Below are positions 19,036-27,350 of a stretch of DNA of 34,944 nt, piece by piece. This DNA comes from a virus. Taxonomy: Duplodnaviria > Caudoviricetes. Position numbers and translations under genes: made by a program. Each line of letters begins with the position of its first letter. Position 1 is the first letter of the stretch. The notes under the pieces are model-generated. The model saw only the letters and a list, made by a program, of their open reading frames with translations. It was not told the DNA's origin and did not search any database. Where the stretch lies: positions 1-34,944 of the IMG/VR virus record IMGVR_UViG_3300017985_000058. One strand, written 5' to 3'.

Positions 19036-20533
19036 TACAGCCTCCGCATTTCTTATTACAAACACTTGCAGGATCTAGTTTTAATTTATTATTAAAATAT
19101 CCTTTAAAAAATTTGTTTGTTAAAATGTCTTCTAGTTTATTTATTTTACAATTATTATCTTCCCAATCATATAATATATCCGTATCTTCGTATGGATTTA
19201 TTTTAGCTTCTAATATATTCTTAGCAGTATATACACATGGGAAAACGTTTCCTGTTTTGTCTATATAACATTCGTTGTCTATTTTGGCCTTACACAGCAC
19301 TTTTCTGTCGAATTTGACCTTAATCTCTCTATATTCTGCGTCTTTTTCGACTGCTTTAATAGTTTCTAGTTCAATGAGTTTATAATCTGGAACTGGCTCT
19401 TTTTCTATTGTTTTTGTTTCGATAATGTCTACTTCTTCAACCTTAGCTTCAATAAAATTAAATCCTGTAAAGTTATGTTTAATACTTAATTGTTTAGCAG
19501 ATTGTATATCCTCATTCGTTTGTGTTGTTCTTGTGTATTGCCAAAACACTCTTGCTCCTGATTGTAATAGTGCCTTAGCATTTTGTAACTGTTTTTCGTA
19601 TTTAGGCCCTGTATGCTCATTCATAATTACAGTAAAGTTACCCATTGTTCTAAACAATATGCCTAATACTCCCCAAAAGTGAGCATCTTCTGTTAGCAAG
19701 TCTGTTGTAATGTCTACACTAATGCCACCTTCCTCTATTAAGTAATGGCATATATCATGTAATTCCTCATTAGATGCTGGGTCCTCAACATCATTTGATA
19801 ATTGTATTTTAGTTATTCTTGCTCTTTGTAATAGTTCTTGATTAAATATCTTTTTAATTTCTTCTAAACTATATCCTGTGATTTCCATCTCTATTTGATT
19901 AGGCAAATAAGAGTATAAGTCAACGGCTCTATTATAACAGTTCTTTATATAATTCTCATCTTTATGCACATACCAATAAGGTATCGTTATAATAGGAGCC
20001 TCTAATTCTGTGGGATATTCTTTTGTGTAATCTTTTAGGAAAGGAAAGTTTTCTAATTCATTTACTTGGAATGCTTGACTAAATTCACCGTTCATAAATG
20101 TTATATCATCTTCCTCATTGTCCCACTTTTTAATAATGTTTTCTACAACATTATTTCTATATACAAAGTATGCTAAGTTTTCATCAGCAAGTTTTACTTT
20201 ATCTAATCCTGTTGTTTTATAATTTACAATTTTACTAGGATTATTTAAAATAATATTAGGAGTTACAAATAAACTAATACCGTTTGGTTTTGTATGTTTT
20301 ATTAAATCTATTTCTAACCATTCTCTGCCATATTTAGGAACGTGAAAATGTATGCCTTGTATAAAGCCATCTATCTTTTTTGTTTCTTTTATGTGTTCTA
20401 ATTCGTCAGGTGTAGTAAAGACAACAAAGTCAAAAGGATCTACAATGCTGTTTTTGCATTGTGTATAAAAGTTATTGATGTGCGTTTGACTATACTTATT
20501 ATCTAAGTAGTTAACGATTATAGTTAGGTCCAT
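19025..20533 (-). CDS. Fusion of a degenerate GT-like domain, a degenerate radical-SAM barrel and a SPASM/Twitch-like Cys domain
   Basis: The N-terminus parallels the neighbouring GTs but lacks DxD. The central region has radical-SAM-like motifs but no CxxxCxxC. The C-terminus reads C...YID..G.VFPC...W....L.DIL...C.KKC. Confidence 0.6.
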   Translation of the reverse strand: MDLTIIVNYLDNKYSQTHINNFYTQCKNSIVDPFDFVVFTTPDELEHIKETKKIDGFIQGIHFHVPKYGREWLEIDLIKHTKPNGISLFVTPNIILNNPSKIVNYKTTGLDKVKLADENLAYFVYRNNVVENIIKKWDNEEDDITFMNGEFSQAFQVNELENFPFLKDYTKEYPTELEAPIITIPYWYVHKDENYIKNCYNRAVDLYSYLPNQIEMEITGYSLEEIKKIFNQELLQRARITKIQLSNDVEDPASNEELHDICHYLIEEGGISVDITTDLLTEDAHFWGVLGILFRTMGNFTVIMNEHTGPKYEKQLQNAKALLQSGARVFWQYTRTTQTNEDIQSAKQLSIKHNFTGFNFIEAKVEEVDIIETKTIEKEPVPDYKLIELETIKAVEKDAEYREIKVKFDRKVLCKAKIDNECYIDKTGNVFPCVYTAKNILEAKINPYEDTDILYDWEDNNCKINKLEDILTNKFFKGYFNNKLKLDPASVCNKKCGGCNES

Positions 20534-21278
20534 GCCAATGTCTCAATAATTTTTCATCCTTTAAATCACCTATGTCAATTTGTTTATGTTTATTAGGCCC
20601 TGGTGTAAGGTCTGTATTAAATAAACAAATTTTATAGTCTTCTCTATATTTATGTATCTCTAAATCACTTCTTCTAGCACCTCTATTGTATGAATACACC
20701 CATTCTTTAGGTATATCCCTCCAGAAGTCTCGCTGTCTCCAATAGTGATAATTGTCTGTTCCTTTAAAAAATGTTTTGAATATAGCGTCAGAGTTTTCCA
20801 ACGCATCATAATAAATGTGTTCTGCCTGTTTTCCTTGCCAACACATTACACTAGAGTTATAAAATGTTCCTCTAATGTCTATCCAAAGTCTGTCGTGTTT
20901 TAATTTTTGTGGTTGCCAATGAGAATAAATTATTCTTGGCTTTTTTGCTAGTTCGTTTAAATCATTTATTTTGCCATGTATAATTACATCTAAATCTAAA
21001 TAACACCAGCCACCTTCATATCCTAGCCATTTGTGAGAATTGAACATTAAAAATTTTGCTCTATCCCAACAATAATTTTCTTTTCCAAACCAATACTTAG
21101 GATGTAAAGGATTTATATCTGGAATGGGCATAGTATCACAACCTACACCCTCATTCTCATCTGTAAAACAGGTAAAAGTAAATGGTTTAGTATAATGTCT
21201 ACTAACCATATTATATAGATTATTTACATAATCCGCAGAGTATTTGTTACCCCACTTTATGCAGACAAAGTTTATCAT
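20511..21278 (-). CDS. GT-A glycosyltransferase, KWG.KY paralog
   Basis: CIKWGNKYS.DYVN.L, FTCFTD, CWDRAK, YLDLDVII, NSSVM.W and GTDNY. Confidence 0.82.
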   Translation of the reverse strand: MINFVCIKWGNKYSADYVNNLYNMVSRHYTKPFTFTCFTDENEGVGCDTMPIPDINPLHPKYWFGKENYCWDRAKFLMFNSHKWLGYEGGWCYLDLDVIIHGKINDLNELAKKPRIIYSHWQPQKLKHDRLWIDIRGTFYNSSVMCWQGKQAEHIYYDALENSDAIFKTFFKGTDNYHYWRQRDFWRDIPKEWVYSYNRGARRSDLEIHKYREDYKICLFNTDLTPGPNKHKQIDIGDLKDEKLLRHWHGPNYNR

Positions 21279-21939
21279 ATAATACTTTTAAATCCTCATT
21301 AAAATTAATTGAACCGTTTAATAAACAGATATTAAATTCTTCTCTTATTTTAGGATAGCCTCCTAATGTTCCGTAATCACCTATCTCAAAATCGGCACCA
21401 TAAGCAAACGAATATATGTATTCTTTTGGGAAATAATCAAACTTAAATCCTTCGTGCCACAGAAACCTATCATCACCAGCATATTTAACCATGAAGTAAT
21501 CTTTGTTATTTACAAAGTGTTCGTATATATGCGTGGCATCTTCCCACATCATTACACTAGAATTATGATTGCTAATGTAATTCTCACTCCAATTTTTAGA
21601 AACTTGTTTGTAATGCTCAGGGTGTTTCCAATAAGTATAACATATCATTGGGTTTTTGTCAAGCATTTTAAACAAATTATCTATAGGTTTTTGTATTACA
21701 ACGTCTAAATCTAAGTATAATATACGTCCTAAGTTATTTATTTTAAATAATTTTACTTTTTCCCAATGTCCCTCAGGTTCCCAGGTTATAGGAATTACTT
21801 CAATATTAGGATTTAAGCCCTTTTTATTGTCCGTGACACAGACAAATCTACGGTTTTCCCCGCATTGATTATAAATATCATTGACGTGTTCTGCGTCAAA
21901 TTTATTTCCATATTTTAATGTTAAAATTGTTTGGTTCAA
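21247..21939 (-). CDS. GT-A glycosyltransferase, KWG.KY paralog
   Basis: LKYGNKF, FVCVTD, W.K..LF, YLDLDVVI, NSSVM.W and GDD. A TTG start at 21939 with an AAGGA RBS 7 nt upstream matches the paralog N-termini and removes the overlap with the divergent gene. Confidence 0.8.
   Translation of the reverse strand: MNQTILTLKYGNKFDAEHVNDIYNQCGENRRFVCVTDNKKGLNPNIEVIPITWEPEGHWEKVKLFKINNLGRILYLDLDVVIQKPIDNLFKMLDKNPMICYTYWKHPEHYKQVSKNWSENYISNHNSSVMMWEDATHIYEHFVNNKDYFMVKYAGDDRFLWHEGFKFDYFPKEYIYSFAYGADFEIGDYGTLGGYPKIREEFNICLLNGSINFNEDLKVLYDKLCLHKVG
21870..21877 (+). promoter_or_regulatory. Possible second late promoter TATAAATA, antisense within the GT gene
   Basis: Exact consensus about 110 nt upstream of 21990. 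Confidence 0.4.
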
Positions 21940-21950
21940 TATATAATCCT

Positions 21951-21958
21951 TATAAATA
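21951..21958 (+). promoter_or_regulatory. T4-type late promoter TATAAATA heading the fibre/neck operon
   Basis: Exact consensus in the divergent intergenic gap, 31 nt before the ATG. Confidence 0.8.
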
Positions 21959-21989
21959 ACATTATATGACATTAGGGTAGATTCATCAT

Positions 21990-22316
21990 ATGGCAACAAT
22001 ACAGAATATAGTTATAGATCAAGGAACCACTTATTCGTTAGACTTAACTTTGACTAACGATGATGGGACTGCCAAGGACTTAACTTCTTATACTGTAACT
22101 TCCCAATTAAGAAGATCCTACCATACTAATACTTATACAGATTTTACGACGCAAAAAGTCAATGATACAGGAACTATTACCATTTCTTTAAGTGCTACTC
22201 AAACAAGTGCATTAAAACAAGGTAGATATGTTTATGACATTGAAATTGCGGACAGTTCTGAAACTCTTAGAGTTTTAGAAGGAATAGTAACGGTAACGCC
22301 CGAGGTAACCAGATAA
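21990..22316 (+). CDS. Ig-like virion adaptor (BppU N-terminal-like)
   Basis: NIVIDQG.T, DLT.YT..SQLR.SY, G.I.ISL.A.QT..L..GRYVYDIEI and RVLEG.V.V.P.VT. Confidence 0.7.
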   Translation: MATIQNIVIDQGTTYSLDLTLTNDDGTAKDLTSYTVTSQLRRSYHTNTYTDFTTQKVNDTGTITISLSATQTSALKQGRYVYDIEIADSSETLRVLEGIVTVTPEVTR

Positions 22317-22576
22317 TGGCAGTCAAAGTCAATGTAGGCACAGGACAAGCAAAAGTAGTAGCAAAAGTTCCAGGTTCATCTGGAACATCTGTTTCAACTA
22401 CAACAGCATCTAGAGTCACAACACAAACAGGCTTAACTAATTTAAGCGATGTTAATTCTGCGAATTTAGAAGACGGTTACACTTTGGTATGGGACGAAGA
22501 CACTGGCAAATGGATTGCTCAAGCAATCGGAGATGTTAGTGCAAACGTTACTGCAATTGACGGCGGAACATTTTAG
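22316..22576 (+). CDS. Small fibre-linker protein ending IDGGTF
   Basis: TAATG coupling and an L..LSDV......DG..LVWD...GKW fibre repeat. Confidence 0.75.
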   Translation: MAVKVNVGTGQAKVVAKVPGSSGTSVSTTTASRVTTQTGLTNLSDVNSANLEDGYTLVWDEDTGKWIAQAIGDVSANVTAIDGGTF

Positions 22577-22652
22577 ATTATAAGCTTAAATGCTTTTTTG
22601 TTATGGTTATTTACACAATTATTAACTTAATATAACAATTTAGGAGACACAA

Positions 22653-23993
22653 ATGTCAACAGTTATTCAAATTAAAAGAAGCGACGGCTCGACTGCTCCA
22701 GGCACATCTGATCTAGTATCAGGTGAGTTAGCGTATGCAAAGGATAAGTCAAATGACGGCGCTGCTGCGATATTATATATCGAATCTGAAGACTCTTCTT
22801 CAAACCAGGTTATACATAAGATTGGTGGTAAATACTATACAGACTTAGTTGATGCGGCTACAAATGCTAACACAGCTTCTGCAATCGTTAAAAGAGACGG
22901 TAGTGGAAACTTTAGTGCTGGCACAATAACAGCTGATTTAACTGGTGATGTTACAGGTGACGTTACAGGTAATGCTGATACAGCAAGTGCTTGGGCAACA
23001 GCAAGAACAATCACATTAGCAGGTGACCTTTCAGGTTCTGTTAGTTTAGATGGTTCTGCAGACGTAACCTTAACAGCTACTGTTGGTTCTAACAACATTG
23101 CGTTGGGAACAGACACAACAGGTAACTATGTTGCTACTATTGCTGACGCAGGTAGTGGTAACATTACAGTTTCAGGCTCAGGCTCAGAAACTGCAGCAGT
23201 TACTTTAGACCTTTCAGACTCAGGTGTTTCATCTGGTTCTTACGGTTCAACAACAGCAGTTCCAGTTTTAACAGTAGACGCTAAAGGACGTATAACAGCT
23301 GCAACAACAGCTGCCATCGCTACATCTTTTGATATAGCAGCAGACTCTGGCACTAACGACACAGTCGCTGGTGGAGAGACTTTAACGTTCTCAGGAACAT
23401 CAAACGAAATTGAGACATCTGTTTCAGGTAATGAAATCACAATCGGTTTACCGAATGACGTAACTATCGGAAATGACTTAACAATTTCAGGTAACCTAAC
23501 AGTTAGTGGAACATCTACAACTGTTAATACACAAACACTATCCGTTGAAGATCCTTTGATCGCATTAGCGACAGGTAACAGCTCAACTGACGCAGTTGAT
23601 ATTGGTATCTTTGGTCTGTATGATACATCAGGCTCACAGGACTTATACTCTGGTTTCTTTAGAGACGCAGGCGACGGTAAATGGAAACTGTTTAAAGATT
23701 CACAAACAGCACCTACAACAACAGTAGACACAGGAGCAACTGGTTATGCAGTAGCTGATTTAGTGGCTAACTTAGAAGGTAATGTTACTGGTGGAACAGT
23801 TTCTGGGTTGTCAGCAGCTATCGCAGTAGGCGACGGTGGAACAGGCAACACTTCAATCACATCAAATGGTATTGTTTACGGTAACGGCACAGGAGCTTTA
23901 CAAGCAACAGCAGCTGGAACTGATGGATACTTCTTGTATTCAAATTCAGGAACTCCTGATTGGACAAACACTATTGATGGTGGGTCTTTCTAA
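22653..23993 (+). CDS. Tail fibre-like protein
   Basis: AGGAG RBS, an N-terminal IQIKRS...P..L..GELAY (Mtd_N-like) segment, LTGDVTG repeats, TARTITL.GD.SGS, GNLTV.G..TTVN and a C-terminal IDGGSF. Confidence 0.82.
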   Translation: MSTVIQIKRSDGSTAPGTSDLVSGELAYAKDKSNDGAAAILYIESEDSSSNQVIHKIGGKYYTDLVDAATNANTASAIVKRDGSGNFSAGTITADLTGDVTGDVTGNADTASAWATARTITLAGDLSGSVSLDGSADVTLTATVGSNNIALGTDTTGNYVATIADAGSGNITVSGSGSETAAVTLDLSDSGVSSGSYGSTTAVPVLTVDAKGRITAATTAAIATSFDIAADSGTNDTVAGGETLTFSGTSNEIETSVSGNEITIGLPNDVTIGNDLTISGNLTVSGTSTTVNTQTLSVEDPLIALATGNSSTDAVDIGIFGLYDTSGSQDLYSGFFRDAGDGKWKLFKDSQTAPTTTVDTGATGYAVADLVANLEGNVTGGTVSGLSAAIAVGDGGTGNTSITSNGIVYGNGTGALQATAAGTDGYFLYSNSGTPDWTNTIDGGSF

Positions 23994-24038
23994 TTAATTT
24001 AGAAAGAATTAACTTAAAACAAACGGTGAAATTATAAA

Positions 24039-24338
24039 ATGGAACAACAAAAAGAAAACAATCAGATTGTTGATGAATACATTAACGTATTAACTTCAAA
24101 ATTGAATGAAGTCACACAGGAGAGTCTAGTTCTTAAAGCACAGTTAAACTCTGTGAAAAAAGAAAGAGACTTATTAATAGAAAAAGTTAGAGAACTTCGT
24201 GTTCAAGAAGATGAAATGAAAAAGCCCCAAAGCGATTTTCAGAATTCGGAAATGAAAGACGAAGAAGTAGGAGAAACACATGGCGATAATAAAGCTAAAG
24301 AGGTCGGGGACAACAGGAAGCGTTCCGTCTACAAGTGA
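24039..24338 (+). CDS. Coiled-coil hypothetical protein (possible fibre chaperone)
   Basis: Heptad pattern over about aa 10-58. It overlaps the next gene by 59 nt. Confidence 0.65.
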   Translation: MEQQKENNQIVDEYINVLTSKLNEVTQESLVLKAQLNSVKKERDLLIEKVRELRVQEDEMKKPQSDFQNSEMKDEEVGETHGDNKAKEVGDNRKRSVYK

Positions 24339-24588
24339 TTTAGCGGAAGGCGAAGTAGCGTTTAACACGGCTGACCAAAAACTCTTTACTAAAGACTCTA
24401 GTGGAGCAATCGTAACACTTGCTAACTATTCTGTGGGAGATGCTAACTTAGTATTCCCTACAGGAGATTATGGAAACTTAACAGCAACAACAACAGATGC
24501 TTTTGGTATTCCAACAGAAAGAGCATATGATTGCAGAACAGCTCCTCCTGGTATATTGACAACAGAAGATCTTGGAGGGATAACTTAA
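24280..24588 (+). CDS. Small fibre module (IKLKRS...P...L..GE.A.N..D.KLF)
   Basis: AGGAG RBS and an Mtd_N-like head, with DYG and DLG motifs in the C-terminal half. Confidence 0.75.
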   Translation: MAIIKLKRSGTTGSVPSTSDLAEGEVAFNTADQKLFTKDSSGAIVTLANYSVGDANLVFPTGDYGNLTATTTDAFGIPTERAYDCRTAPPGILTTEDLGGIT

Positions 24589-24607
24589 TTTAACTTAGGA
24601 GCAATTA

Positions 24608-24862
24608 ATGACAACTCAGGTTCAATTCAGACGAGGAACTGCTACAGAGAACAATGCGTTCACTGGTTTAGATGGTGAATTATCTGTAAACACAACCAAT
24701 TATGCGCTACGTGTGCATGATGGCTCAACCCAAGGAGGTTATGAACTTATGTTGGCTTCTGGCTCAAATATTTCAGGAAATATACCTAGTAGTAATATTT
24801 CAGGTGATATTGAGGCGGACACATTAGCAGACGGCTCAACTATAGATGGAGGGACTTTTTAA
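24608..24862 (+). CDS. Small fibre module (Mtd_N/hyaluronidase-N-like head, ends IDGGTF)
   Basis: AGGAG RBS and VQFRRGT..EN.AFTG..GEL...RVHDGST.GG. Confidence 0.8.
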   Translation: MTTQVQFRRGTATENNAFTGLDGELSVNTTNYALRVHDGSTQGGYELMLASGSNISGNIPSSNISGDIEADTLADGSTIDGGTF

Positions 24863-24885
24863 GTCCGCATATTTAGGAGAAAACT

Positions 24886-26361
24886 ATGCCAACTCAATTA
24901 CAATTTAGGCGAGGAACAGAGTCACAAAATGATGCATTTACAGGTGCTGCTGGTGAGTTATCTTTCGATACAGAAAACAACGTCCTTAGGATTCACGACG
25001 GATCTACCCAAGGTGGTTACAAATTAGTTAAAAATGCTGATGCGTTAACCAGCTCGTCCGACACAGATGACCTTACTGAGGGCTCAACTAATCTGTATTT
25101 CACAAACGCTAGAGCGAGAGGCTCAATTAGTGTATCCGGAGATTTAAGTTACGACTCTTCAACTGGTGTTATTAGTTTTACTAATGACGCTGGAGATATA
25201 GAATCTGTTTCAGCAGGTTCCGGTTTAACAGGTGGCGGTGCTTCAGGCGCAGTTACTTTAAACATTGGAGCAGGAACAGGTATAACAGTTAATGCAGATG
25301 ACGTAGCGGTTAATATGTCCGCTTTCGATACAGACGATTTAACAGAAGGTTCAGGGAACCAATATTTTACATCAGCTAGAGCACAGGCTGCTATTTCAGC
25401 AACAGGTGATTTAAGTTACGATAACTCTACAGGTGTTATGTCCTTCACAGAAAGAACAGACACAGAAGTTAGAGGTTTATTATCCGTAACAGATGCAGGT
25501 GGAGATGGTTCTTTAGGTTACAACAGTTCAACTGGTGTTATTACTTACACAGGCCCTAGCGCTACAGAAGTAAGAGCACATATTTCAGCAGGAACAGGTG
25601 TAACATTATCTTCAGGTGAAATTAGTATCGGGCAGGCAGTTGCCACCAACAGTAATGTAACGTTCAATGATTTAGTAGTAGACGGAGACTTAACAGTTAA
25701 CGGAGCTACAACATCAGTAAACACAGAAACATTGACAGTAGATGACAACATTATTGTTCTAAACAATAACGTAACAGGAACACCTACTGAAGACGCAGGT
25801 ATCGAAATAGAAAGAGGAACTTCGGCTAACAAATCATTCTTCTGGGATGAGTCTGAAGACAAATGGAGCTTAGGCTCAGAAACATTAGTCGCAGGCACAG
25901 TCGAGGCAAACTTAACAGGAACAGTTACAGGTAATGTAACAGGTAACGTAACTGGAACAGTTTCAAGTCTTTCAAATCAAGATACAGACAGTCTGACTGA
26001 AGGTTCAAGCAACCTATATTACACAGACGCTAGAGCAGATGCAAGAGTTAACCTTCAAACAGGAGCAAACTTAGATCTTAGCAGTAAAGATACTGACGAC
26101 GTAAGTGAAGGATCCAGCAATTTATATTACACAGATGCTCGTTCTAGAGCAGCTATTAGTGTAGCTGGTGACTTATCTTATAACTCATCAACGGGTGCAA
26201 TAAGTTTCTCAGAAACTTATTCAAGTGCAACAGAATTACTAAACGCCCTACTTACAGTAGACGGCGCAGGTAGCGGATTAGATGCTGACACATTAGATGG
26301 ACAATCGGGTTCATATTATAGAGTTAACATTTACAACGCTAGTGGCACATTACTCAATTAA
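24886..26361 (+). CDS. Tail fibre-like protein with TDDL.EGS.N.Y.T.AR repeats
   Basis: AGGAG RBS, an LQFRRGT head, GDLTVNG.TT.VN, DG.GSGLDAD.LDG and a terminal IYNASGTLLN. Confidence 0.85.
   Translation: MPTQLQFRRGTESQNDAFTGAAGELSFDTENNVLRIHDGSTQGGYKLVKNADALTSSSDTDDLTEGSTNLYFTNARARGSISVSGDLSYDSSTGVISFTNDAGDIESVSAGSGLTGGGASGAVTLNIGAGTGITVNADDVAVNMSAFDTDDLTEGSGNQYFTSARAQAAISATGDLSYDNSTGVMSFTERTDTEVRGLLSVTDAGGDGSLGYNSSTGVITYTGPSATEVRAHISAGTGVTLSSGEISIGQAVATNSNVTFNDLVVDGDLTVNGATTSVNTETLTVDDNIIVLNNNVTGTPTEDAGIEIERGTSANKSFFWDESEDKWSLGSETLVAGTVEANLTGTVTGNVTGNVTGTVSSLSNQDTDSLTEGSSNLYYTDARADARVNLQTGANLDLSSKDTDDVSEGSSNLYYTDARSRAAISVAGDLSYNSSTGAISFSETYSSATELLNALLTVDGAGSGLDADTLDGQSGSYYRVNIYNASGTLLN
25060..26210 (+). 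repeat. Dispersed protein repeats: four DTD(D/S)(L/V).EGS.N.Y(F/Y)T.AR units and four (L).Y(D/N).STG units
   Basis: Seen in the translation of 24886..26361. Confidence 0.85.
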
Positions 26362-26377
26362 TAGGAAATTATGAAGC

Positions 26378-27349
26378 ATGGCATTATCAACTAGAACTGA
26401 ATTAACAGACTATTGTTTACGAAGACTGGGCTTCCCGGTTATCGAAATCAATGTTGACGAAGATCAAATTTCAGATCGAATTGATGATGCCTTGCAATTT
26501 TGGCAAGAGTATCACTTTGATGGTGTCGAACGAACATACGTTCAACATCAAATAACAGGTTCTACTCTTACAATCAGCGGTGTTAACGCTGAGAACTTCC
26601 AAAAGGGAGAAACATTAACAGGCTCTACAAGTGGAGCAACAACAAAAATATTCGAAATAACTTCTGCAAGTGTTTTTACAGTAGAAAAAATTAAAGGCAC
26701 ATTTCAAGCAGGAGAAACTATTACAGGTTCAGAATCAGGTGTTACAGCATCATTAGCAGCAACAGACTTTTATGTTGCAGGTGATATTGAGAACACATGG
26801 GTGCCAATAGGCAACGGCATATTAGGCATTACAAGAGTTTTTAACTTTGGTGGGGCAGCAACTGCAAACACAAGAGACGGAAACTTGTTCGATATTATGT
26901 ATCAATTTAGACAAAACGATTTATATAATTTGTTAGGTGCAGACATGATGTATTATTCAGTCGTGCAAACACATTTACAAACATTAGAAAAACTTTTAGT
27001 AAGTGAAAGACAGATTAGATGGAACAGAAAAACTAACAGACTTTATATAGATACTGACTGGGATATTACTTTTAATCCGGGCGATTATATTGTAGCAGAA
27101 GCGTATGCTATTTTAGATCCTAGTGATTATAGTGAAGTATATGATGATATGTTTTTAAAGAAATACGCCACAGCATTGATAAAAAGACAATGGGGCGAGA
27201 ACTTAAAAAAATTCGGAGGAATCCAGTTACCAGGCGGTGTTGTTCTTAACGGCGATAACATATTCGGAGAAGCAATTCAAGAAATAGATACTATCGAACG
27301 AGAAATGCAGAGCAGATACGAACTACCACCTAGCTTTAAGGTAGGATAA
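26378..27349 (+). CDS. gp13: Neck protein gp13
   Basis: L.DYCLRRLG.PVIEINV..DQ..DRID.ALQ...EYHFDG, KKYATAL.K.QWG.NL.KF.G.QLPGGV.LNG. Confidence 0.93.
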   Translation: MALSTRTELTDYCLRRLGFPVIEINVDEDQISDRIDDALQFWQEYHFDGVERTYVQHQITGSTLTISGVNAENFQKGETLTGSTSGATTKIFEITSASVFTVEKIKGTFQAGETITGSESGVTASLAATDFYVAGDIENTWVPIGNGILGITRVFNFGGAATANTRDGNLFDIMYQFRQNDLYNLLGADMMYYSVVQTHLQTLEKLLVSERQIRWNRKTNRLYIDTDWDITFNPGDYIVAEAYAILDPSDYSEVYDDMFLKKYATALIKRQWGENLKKFGGIQLPGGVVLNGDNIFGEAIQEIDTIEREMQSRYELPPSFKVG

Positions 27350-27350
27350 C

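Noticed and set aside
19025-20533. Active radical-SAM enzyme or pseudogene
   Set aside because: There is no CxxxCxxC motif, yet the frame is intact and tightly coupled to its neighbours, so it is reported as a pseudo-enzyme instead.
21940-21999. N-terminal extension of the GT to 21999
   Set aside because: It overlaps the divergent gene and promoter. The TTG at 21939 has an RBS and matches the paralogs.
22582-22599. Rho-independent terminator AAGC-TTAAAT-GCTT-TTTT
   Set aside because: The 4-bp stem is too weak to call.
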